A stretch of 11,597 bases of DNA from an archaeon. GTDB taxonomy: Archaea > Iainarchaeota > Iainarchaeia > Iainarchaeales > 1-14-0-10-31-34. The DNA lies in contig JBDRIL010000045.1 in the NCBI GenBank assembly GCA_043815885.1, positions 1 to 11,597 of the forward strand, in the 5' to 3' direction. Made by a program: the position numbers and the translations under genes. This document shows, piece after piece, positions 1 to 6,283 of this stretch (position 1 is its first letter; the number at the start of each line of letters is the position of its first letter). The notes beneath the pieces were generated by a model. It was not told the origin of the DNA. It made no database searches and was given only the letters and a program-made list of their open reading frames with translations.

Positions 1-114
1 GCAAAAATCAATTGATGATGGCTTCTAAGCTCACAAAACTGCTTCAGCATGAAGAAGAATAACGCTGTTGTAATATAAAAATATTTCGCTAAAAAAACAC
101 TTTCTCCAATAAAA

Positions 115-122
115 ATATAAAA
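115..122 (+). promoter_or_regulatory. Candidate TATA box upstream of the hairpin array and tRNA-Trp
   Basis: ATATAAAA preceded by an A-rich BRE-like run, about 30 nt before the first hairpin module. Weak evidence given the AT-rich background. Confidence 0.3.
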
Positions 123-154
123 GCAACAACCCAATTCATTATTATTGGCAGTTT

Positions 155-381
155 GTTTCGACGAAGTCGAAATCCTATTACCGACTGAAAGGAGGTAGTA
201 GTACACGCATGTAAACTGGGCGTGACAGTTTCCGAGCATAAGCGAGGAAAGCGTACCTCTGAACGAAAGTGAAGAGGTACCCTAAAGCGTAAACCGATTT
301 GCGGTTTTGCCGAAGGCAAGTCCTACTACTGACCGAAGGGAAGTAGTAGTACGTAGTGTAAACTGATAATATTCAGTTTTT
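155..381 (+). repeat. Three tandem ~75-nt modular hairpin units (C-A-B) abutting tRNA-Trp
   Basis: Units at 156-231, 229-307 and 307-381. Each has hairpin C (TTTCGAC-GAA-GTCGAAA; TTTCC-GA-GC-ATAA-GC-GA-GGAAA; TTGCC-GAA-GGCAA), hairpin A (8-bp stem-GA-2bp-GAA(A)-2bp-GA-stem), a spacer, and hairpin B (GT-AAACYG-loop-CRGTTT). Confidence 0.9.
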
Positions 382-524
382 GGGGTCATAGGGTAATGGC
401 TATCCCGCTAGGCTCCAGTCAAAAAGGAATTGGAGCGATGACAAAAACAAGGAATTGTTTTTGGATGACATAAATTTTTTGAGGGAGGCACTTAGCAATC
501 CGGGTTCGACTCCCGGTGACCCCA
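382..524 (+). tRNA. tRNA-Trp(CCA) with 71-nt intron at canonical 37/38 position (419-489)
   Basis: Acceptor GGGGTCA/TGACCCC+A; anticodon stem CTAGG/CTTAG with CCA at 415-417; T arm CCGGG-TTCGACT-CCCGG; bulge-helix-bulge-like junction (CTCC/GGAG helix, bulges AGT and GCA). Confidence 0.95.
419..489 (+). ncRNA. Intron-encoded box C/D-type guide (reduced) for Cm34 of tRNA-Trp
   Basis: TGGAGC (431-436) is complementary to GCTCCA of the anticodon arm. It is followed by D'-like ATGA (438-441), with the 5th nt upstream pairing C34, then a 9-bp hairpin and C'-like TGGATGA (462-468). This matches the known Haloferax pre-tRNA-Trp intron guide logic. Confidence 0.7.
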
Positions 525-525
525 T

Positions 526-1137
526 TCATTTTATTTCAATTAGTTTATCGTATAAGGTTTCGTCGTCTGGACTGCCTACAGCCAAGCGGTAAGTTCCTTT
601 TTCTGGAATGTTTACGCTGAAATTAATTTTTACAGGGCACCTGCAGTAAAAGGAGTCTTCTTTCAGCAATGCCTTGGTCCAGTCATTTGTTTCGAATTCA
701 TTAATAAATATTGTCTGGTTCTGGATTTCTGCTTTTACTTCAATTGCAGTGGCTTTACAGAATACCTTGTAGTAATTGGAGAACCTTATCGTGTTTCCTT
801 CAATCCTTAAATCCACTTTATTCATTTCTGTTTCATTTGGAGTGTTTGAATTAGGAACAAAATTGTTTTTAGAGTCTATTTCCCCCAGGCAATCCGTTAC
901 AGAGAAGTCTGTTGTAAGGTCAGTGTATTTGGTTGTGGAGGTTGCTGTGGGGAGTTCTGGTTCAATGACTAATCCCTCTTCTTCCTCTGGGGTGAGTAAT
1001 GGCTCTCCTTCCTGGGGAATATAGTCTTCCGGCTTCTCTTTGCTTTCCTGCGGCAAAAGAAAAAAGATTATTCCGATTACTATAATTAGCACTATCAATG
1101 CCAGTAATAATTTATTCAAGACAAATTTTTCCTTCAT
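526..1137 (-). CDS. Membrane-anchored/secreted hypothetical protein (203 aa)
   Basis: N-terminal hydrophobic helix (LLLALIVLIIVIGIIFFLL), Pro/Glu/Thr linker, beta-rich C-terminal domain with 4 Cys including CRC. Confidence 0.8.
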   Translation of the reverse strand: MKEKFVLNKLLLALIVLIIVIGIIFFLLPQESKEKPEDYIPQEGEPLLTPEEEEGLVIEPELPTATSTTKYTDLTTDFSVTDCLGEIDSKNNFVPNSNTPNETEMNKVDLRIEGNTIRFSNYYKVFCKATAIEVKAEIQNQTIFINEFETNDWTKALLKEDSFYCRCPVKINFSVNIPEKGTYRLAVGSPDDETLYDKLIEIK

Positions 1138-1170
1138 TTCTTCTCTAAAGTAAGATTAATTCCAAACAAT

Positions 1171-1180
1171 TATTTAAATA
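1171..1180. promoter_or_regulatory. Palindromic TATA box between divergent genes
   Basis: TATTTAAATA in the 67-nt divergent gap, about 25 nt before ATG 1205 and about 34 nt before ATG 1137 on the minus strand. Confidence 0.5.
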
Positions 1181-1204
1181 TTTGGCTAATTCTATTAATT
1201 AGCA

Positions 1205-1762
1205 ATGAATAAAGAACTAATTAATAAAATGAAGTTAATAAAGAGCTCTTTTTCAAGGAATGACTTAGTAGTGCTTAGAGGTGCAAGCAATGAATGCATT
1301 GAAAAGGCTGCCCTTACCTCCAACAGGAATTTAGCAAAAATTTCCTTGATTGCCTATGCATTGCATAAGCTTATCTCCAAACCTCACTTCATTAAATCAA
1401 GGAAGTGGAAGGAAGCAAGGCAGAAAATCCTTTTTTCTCTGGATCGATCAATTGATTTTCTGGAGAGAAATAAATTCAATGAATTTGAAAAGGAATTGGA
1501 GAAATTATCCCAGAGACTGAGGTCAGTTGATTCTTCTCTTGGAAACTTTATGCAGAACGTTTACGATAAAGCCAGGGTTAAACAGGCTTCAAGGGCTTAT
1601 GCCTTGGGACTGAGTTTAAGCCAGGCAGCCTCTTTAACCGATTCTTCCACTGGTGATTTACTGAGTTATGTTGGTTCAACTAAAATCCATGAAAAAGAAA
1701 AACCATTTATTTCAATAAAGGACAGAAAGAAGTTTTTGGAGGAATTGTTCAGTTATGAATGA
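1205..1762 (+). CDS. Helical protein with C-terminal UPF0175-like HTH (possible antitoxin-like partner)
   Basis: 185-aa ORF. The C-terminal KQASRAYALGLSLSQAASLT segment resembles the UPF0175 HTH. Overlaps the PIN gene by 8 nt. Confidence 0.6.
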   Translation: MNKELINKMKLIKSSFSRNDLVVLRGASNECIEKAALTSNRNLAKISLIAYALHKLISKPHFIKSRKWKEARQKILFSLDRSIDFLERNKFNEFEKELEKLSQRLRSVDSSLGNFMQNVYDKARVKQASRAYALGLSLSQAASLTDSSTGDLLSYVGSTKIHEKEKPFISIKDRKKFLEELFSYE

Positions 1763-2429
1763 ATTGGTTTTTGATGCAAGTTCAATAATTTCTGTTTCAG
1801 AGAACTGTTTAATGAAGGTACTGAAAAAACTTTCCTTCAAGGCAAAAAGCTCTTTTATTATTCCTGAAATGGTTGAAGTTGAAGTAGTGGAGAGGCCTCT
1901 CTCCATTAAGAGATTTGAATTGAATGCATTGAGGGTAAAGAAGGCAATAGAGGAGGGATGGCTGGAGGTTTACAGGGATACGGAAGAACTGAAAAGAATG
2001 AGTGAAAGAATTGAATCAATAACCAATAATATTTTCTTTAAGGAAGGAAAACCCATTCACTTGATTCATGCAGGAGAAGCCTGCTCTCTTGCCTTATATA
2101 AATTGCTTAGTGCATCTGTTCTCGTAATAGATGAAAGAACCACCAGAGACCTGCTTGAAAAGCCAGAGAGATTCCGTAAAAGGCTTGAAAGGAATTACGG
2201 GAAAAAGGTTTCATTTGATTCAAAAAAATTCAGTGAACTAAATAACCTTCTGGGAAAAATCAGGATTGTGAGAAGCAGTGAATTAATGGCTGAAGCATTC
2301 GAGCACGGATTGTTTAAAGATGAATTAAAGGAAGACTCCAAGACACTTGAAGCAGTACTGTTTGCATTGAAATTCAATGGCTGTGCGATTTCTTTTTCTG
2401 AAATAAACAGTTATCTTAAGGAAGGATAA
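1755..2429 (+). CDS. PIN-domain nuclease-like protein (DUF3368/COG2405-like)
   Basis: LVFDASSII start motif, IIPEMVEVE, HAGEACSLAL and VLVIDERTTR give the PIN acidic residue pattern. Confidence 0.8.
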   Translation: MNELVFDASSIISVSENCLMKVLKKLSFKAKSSFIIPEMVEVEVVERPLSIKRFELNALRVKKAIEEGWLEVYRDTEELKRMSERIESITNNIFFKEGKPIHLIHAGEACSLALYKLLSASVLVIDERTTRDLLEKPERFRKRLERNYGKKVSFDSKKFSELNNLLGKIRIVRSSELMAEAFEHGLFKDELKEDSKTLEAVLFALKFNGCAISFSEINSYLKEG

Positions 2430-2432
2430 CCA

Positions 2433-2858
2433 ATGATTTCCTCCATAGAAGAAAAGGACTTGAAAGAAATAAGTGAATTGATTCTTGAAGAGTTTCCTTA
2501 CGTGGAACCATTCAAGGAAAAACTCGGGCAAAGAATCAATGAGAAAAAGGTTTTTGTATTCAAGTTAGTGGAAGAAAAGGAATTGATTGGATTCATTGAC
2601 TTCCAGTTAAGGAAAGGAATCGGAAGGATTAACGCAGTTACAGTAAAAAAAGATTTCAGGAGAAAAGGTTATGGAAGTGAACTATTAAAATTTGCAGTGG
2701 ATTTTTTAAAGGAAAGAAACGCGGAAAGAATAACTCTTTTAGTGAAAAAAGAAAACCTTGATGCAAAAAAATTATATGAAAGAAACGGCTTCAGAGTGAA
2801 AAGAGAACTGGAAAAAAGAATAGATGATTCAGTAATCGAGGAAATGGAGTTAATGTAA
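2433..2858 (+). CDS. GNAT family N-acetyltransferase (RimI-like)
   Basis: Acetyl-CoA motif A VKKDFRRKGYGSELL and motif NLDAKKLYERNGF. Confidence 0.9.
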   Translation: MISSIEEKDLKEISELILEEFPYVEPFKEKLGQRINEKKVFVFKLVEEKELIGFIDFQLRKGIGRINAVTVKKDFRRKGYGSELLKFAVDFLKERNAERITLLVKKENLDAKKLYERNGFRVKRELEKRIDDSVIEEMELM

Positions 2859-3998
2859 TTAAGCTTCTCCGTAGAGAATCTTTATTGCCCTGTTCGAAAT
2901 CTTTTTTGGGTGTTTTTCCAGTATCATGGCTTCATAGATTTCTTCTTTTGAGAACTTCTTTATTGCAATATCCAGTGAATCAACCAATTTTCTAACTTCC
3001 TTTACTTCTTCTTTGGTTAATCCCTGCAGGTCTTCCCCGCTTATCGGGGTTTTTCCCATGCCCTTAACCAATCCCCTTGAAAAGAATCCAGTAATGCTTC
3101 CAACCTGTTTTCCGATTGAAGGAACTTCCTGTGCCTGAACTTCATATTCTGGTTTAGAAGTTACTGAAAGAGGGGTTTTTTCTTTCTTTGGAATCAATCC
3201 AACTAACTCACTTATATCCTTTCTTGGTTTCTTTTCTTCTTTTTTTGCAATATTCTTGCTTTCAATCACAAGACGTTCTTTTTTTGCTTCCTTTGCAGGA
3301 ATCTTCTTTGCTTTTACTGCCCTCTCTTTTCTTCTCGGAGACTCAACCACTAATCCTTCAAGCATTTCCTCTTCTTCAGTGGGGGGTTTCATTTTATTTT
3401 TTGAACTTCCAACCATAAGCGAACCGAACACGACTCCTTTTGAGGGCTGAACCATTCTTTCCTCCAGAAAGCTAAATTTGTCCCCTGGTTTTTTTTCTCC
3501 TCCTACTTTCTTTCCAATAAGCCCTTTCAGTTTTTCTTCTGTTCCATCCTTTTTTGGTTCAAAGGGCTTCTCCCATTTTTCCTTTACCTCTGGTTTTTTT
3601 GCCTCAAATCCTTTGAGCATATTTTCTTCTTTTGTGATTGGTTTTTCTTTTGAAATTTTTTTCTTTAATACTTCTTCCCTCAGGCTTTCCTGGATTTCTT
3701 TTTTTAATTCCTTTCCCGCTTCAGTTAAAGGCTTTCTATCCAGCTTCTCCCATCCCTGTTTTGGATGAATTTCTTCTTCTTTTACTACAAAAGGAACTTC
3801 TTCCTTTTTTTCTTCAGGCTTCTTAAAATCTTCCTTTATGTTTTCCTCAGTGCTTTTATCGCTCTTCCATTTACCAAAATCTTCATCCAGTTTTCCCTTT
3901 AGCTTTTGTAATCTGTTCCTCACCCTGTTCAGTTCATTCATTCTCTTTGCCCTTAAATCAGCATACTTTTCATGTTCTTCGTCATTTAATTCAGGCAT
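2859..3998 (-). CDS. Lys/Glu-rich, largely low-complexity hypothetical protein (379 aa)
   Basis: Long ORF with genome-typical codon bias; N-terminal coiled-coil-like segment; small helical C-terminal domain; purine-rich SD-like sequence upstream. Confidence 0.75.
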   Translation of the reverse strand: MPELNDEEHEKYADLRAKRMNELNRVRNRLQKLKGKLDEDFGKWKSDKSTEENIKEDFKKPEEKKEEVPFVVKEEEIHPKQGWEKLDRKPLTEAGKELKKEIQESLREEVLKKKISKEKPITKEENMLKGFEAKKPEVKEKWEKPFEPKKDGTEEKLKGLIGKKVGGEKKPGDKFSFLEERMVQPSKGVVFGSLMVGSSKNKMKPPTEEEEMLEGLVVESPRRKERAVKAKKIPAKEAKKERLVIESKNIAKKEEKKPRKDISELVGLIPKKEKTPLSVTSKPEYEVQAQEVPSIGKQVGSITGFFSRGLVKGMGKTPISGEDLQGLTKEEVKEVRKLVDSLDIAIKKFSKEEIYEAMILEKHPKKISNRAIKILYGEA

Positions 3999-4058
3999 TC
4001 CCTCTCACTCTTTCCCTAAATAAAAACAGCTTTTGGTTATATAAATTTAATTGCAGAA

Positions 4059-5543
4059 TCAGTAACTCTTAGCAATATACACTACTACTTCAGCCTTCTT
4101 TCCGCAAACAACACATTTTCCTTTTGGGACTTCTTTCTTGCCCACTCTCTCCCCCCTGATGCTTGCACTCAATTCCTTTTCAATTAATTCAGCACACTTT
4201 CCTGCCTCCATTCCAAGGGAACAAAAATTAGCTCTAACAATTTTCTTTCCTTCAATTCCTTTCTTTACTTCCCCCATAGAATAAGCATTAACAATAGAGG
4301 AATTAAATTTCTTTTCAGCTTTCTCCAACAAATTTTTATCAATTTCCTTTCCAAGCAAAGCAATTTTTTTCGGGATTGAATTAATTGCAATAAATTCTTT
4401 CTTTTTTTCATCCCTCCTGAAAAGCAATGCCTTCTTTTGCTTTAATTCCTTTTCCCCCAATTCAATTCTTAGGGGAATGCCTTTCATTTCCCAGAAATAA
4501 AACTTGTTTCCAATCCTTTCCTCTGAATAATCAATTTCAGCCCTTAAATTCAATTCAATTAATTTATTCTTTATTGCTTCAGCTTCCTTTCCAATTTTTT
4601 TGTTTAATTCCTTTTTTCCTTCCCTGAATATCGGAATAATTATTACCTGAATAGGAGCAAGAGAAAAAGGGAACACTAATCCATTATTGTCTCCATGCAC
4701 TGAAATAATTGCTGCAAAATTCCTGCTCACGCAAGGGCCATAGCAAGTAGTCCAAACAAATTTTTCTTCTCCTTTCTTGTCAACGAATTTAATATTGAAT
4801 GCTCTCGGGAATTGCTGAGAGAGTAAATGCGTTGCAGGAAGCTGTATCACTCTTCCATCAGGCATTAAGGTGTCTGCAGCAAAAGAGGCTTCTGCTCCGG
4901 CAAACTTATCCCATTGGGGCCTCTCAAAGTAAATCAATGGAACCGCATACTTTTCAGTAATCAATTTTTTTGTGATTTCCATGTCTTCCTTTATTTGTTT
5001 TAATGCTTCCTCTCTTGAAGAAAAAGCATTATGTGATTCAATCCAGTAAAATTCCCTGCTCCTCAAGAAAGGCCTTGTTGCCTTTGTCTCATATCTAAAC
5101 ACTTGGGCTCTCTGATAGCTCTTGAATGGAAGGTCATTATAACTTCTAATCCATAAAGAAAACATCTGATAGAAAGCGGTTTCTGAAGTAGGCCTTAAAG
5201 CAAGCTTTTCCTCTAATTTCTCTCCTGCCCCTGTCTCTGTAACCCAGAACACCTCCGGAGAAAATCCCTCCACGTGCTCTTTCTCTAAATAAAAATTCTT
5301 TTCAGGAATAACTGTAGGAAACCAATAAGGCTTATGCCCTGTCTTCTGCAATTCTTTCTCTAAATCCCTGTACATTAATTCCATTGGAATAACACTCCAA
5401 GGCTGAAACACAACAAAACCCTTTATGTTATACCTGATGTCAGCTAACTCTGCCTTCTTCACTATCTCAGTAAACCAATCAGAAAAATTCCCTTCCTTAT
5501 CAATATTGAAAGTAATCTTCTCTTTTTCGTTCTTATTCTGCAT
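4059..5543 (-). CDS. proS: Proline--tRNA ligase, archaeal/eukaryotic type
   Basis: HVEGFSPEVFWV, LALRPTSET, motif 2 FRYETKATRPFLRSREF, anticodon-binding domain WEMKGIPLRIELG, C-terminal Zn-site cysteines and terminal AKSY. Confidence 0.97.
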   Translation of the reverse strand: MQNKNEKEKITFNIDKEGNFSDWFTEIVKKAELADIRYNIKGFVVFQPWSVIPMELMYRDLEKELQKTGHKPYWFPTVIPEKNFYLEKEHVEGFSPEVFWVTETGAGEKLEEKLALRPTSETAFYQMFSLWIRSYNDLPFKSYQRAQVFRYETKATRPFLRSREFYWIESHNAFSSREEALKQIKEDMEITKKLITEKYAVPLIYFERPQWDKFAGAEASFAADTLMPDGRVIQLPATHLLSQQFPRAFNIKFVDKKGEEKFVWTTCYGPCVSRNFAAIISVHGDNNGLVFPFSLAPIQVIIIPIFREGKKELNKKIGKEAEAIKNKLIELNLRAEIDYSEERIGNKFYFWEMKGIPLRIELGEKELKQKKALLFRRDEKKKEFIAINSIPKKIALLGKEIDKNLLEKAEKKFNSSIVNAYSMGEVKKGIEGKKIVRANFCSLGMEAGKCAELIEKELSASIRGERVGKKEVPKGKCVVCGKKAEVVVYIAKSY

Positions 5544-5600
5544 GATTAAAACCTTTTAGTGCGAACTACTATTAAATAATTTACTTTTTCAGCTTTTTTA

Positions 5601-5658
5601 TTTTTTGAAACTGGTTTCTTTGGGGTCCTAGCACTTTCTTTTTGAAAAAAAGGGCTAG
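5601..5658 (-). repeat. tRNA 3' trailer repeat (copy after tRNA-Pro-GGG)
   Basis: 54/58 ungapped identity to 11464-11521; hairpin CTAGC..CTTT...AAAG..GCTAG followed by GACCCCAAAGAAA. Confidence 0.9.
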
Positions 5659-5733
5659 TGGGGCCGCCGAGATTTGAACTCGAGTCGGTAGCTCCCCGAG
5701 CTACAATGCTAGACCAGACTACACCACGGCCCC
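5659..5733 (-). tRNA. tRNA-Pro(GGG) with C33
   Basis: Acceptor GGGGCCG/CGGCCCC+A; anticodon arm GTAGC-TCGGGGA-GCTAC; T arm TCGAG-TTCAAAT-CTCGG. Confidence 0.92.
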
Positions 5734-5872
5734 AAAACCGCAAATCGGTTTACGCTTTTCACTACTACCTCCTTTTAGTCGGTAGTAGGACTTGCCTTCG
5801 GCAAAACCCCACTGTCAGTTGACACAAACCGTCACGCCCGGTTTATGTGCGTGTACTACCTTTGGTAGTACG
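5734..5872 (-). repeat. Modular hairpin array (A-B-x-C-A-B) abutting tRNA-Pro(GGG)
   Basis: Exact matches to the Trp array: AAAGCGTAAACCGATTTGCGGTTTT (284-308) and GGTTTTGCCGAAGGCAAGTCCTACTAC (303-329). Confidence 0.9.
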
Positions 5873-5884
5873 TCCTCAGAATTC

Positions 5885-6027
5885 TTTCCCTTTTTTCTTT
5901 CTTTGGGCAATTACAATCGTTTTCTTTTCTGAAAATAGTTTCTTTGAGGTCCTAGACCTTTGCTTGTTTTTCTTTCTTTGGGCAACTTACACTTTCTTTC
6001 TTTTTCTAAAAGAAAGAAAGGGCAGAG
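5885..6027 (-). repeat. Extended trailer after tRNA-Pro(TGG) with internal repeats
   Basis: CCCTTTCTTT...AAAGAAAGTG hairpin, CTAGGACCTCAAAGAAA motif (about 5931-5955), and two copies of TGTAA(G)TTGCCCAAAGAAAGAAAAA (5892-5915, 5967-5991). Confidence 0.75.
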
Positions 6028-6102
6028 TGGGACTGCCCGGATTCGAACCGGGGTTATTGGCTCCCAAAGCCAAAGTGATAGACCAGACTACACTACAGCC
6101 CC
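6028..6102 (-). tRNA. tRNA-Pro(TGG)
   Basis: Acceptor GGGGCTG/CAGTCCC+A; anticodon arm TTGGC-TTTGGGA-GCCAA; T arm CCCGG-TTCGAAT-CCGGG. Confidence 0.96.
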
Positions 6103-6279
6103 AATCAGAACCTACGGTTCCGATACCTCCCTTACGGAAGGATGCCTTTTCCTTTTTGATCAACCTTTTTTCCAAAAAGGCTGTCCGATACCTTTTCCTT
6201 AATCAGAATCTATGGTTCTGATACCTTTTCCTTTTTGATCAACCTTTTTTCCAAAAAGGTTGTCCGATACCTTTTCCTT
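6103..6279 (-). repeat. Tandem ~79-nt direct repeat made of hairpins, abutting tRNA-Pro(TGG)
   Basis: Copies 6103-6200 (with a 19-nt extra hairpin) and 6201-6279 are otherwise near-identical. Confidence 0.9.
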
Positions 6280-6283
6280 CTTG

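Noticed and set aside
1..62. Possible gene fragment at the window start
   Set aside because: Several frames on both strands are open; cannot be assigned.
259..275. Box D'/C'-like K-loop CTGA...GTGAAGA
   Set aside because: Present in only one A-module variant; better explained as the shared GA:GA hairpin.
89..319. 76-aa minus-strand ORF, and the short ORFs at 5546-6221
   Set aside because: They overlap tRNAs and structured repeats and have no protein-like features.
367..374. TAATATT in a hairpin loop, like the geminivirus nonamer
   Set aside because: Lacks the following AC, is not conserved in other B loops, and no Rep gene is present.
155..381. CRISPR array interpretation of the ~75-nt periodic units
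   Set aside because: No constant 25-40-nt repeat with unique spacers, the variable parts are only 5-9 nt, and there are no cas genes in the window.
524..5658. Integrated element between the tRNA-Trp and tRNA-Pro 3' ends
   Set aside because: No integrase and no duplicated tRNA 3' half, and the interval contains proS.
5853..5879. Hammerhead core (minus-strand CTGAGGA followed by a stem)
   Set aside because: No GAAA after stem II and no stem I/III with an NUH site; other modules lack CUGANGA.
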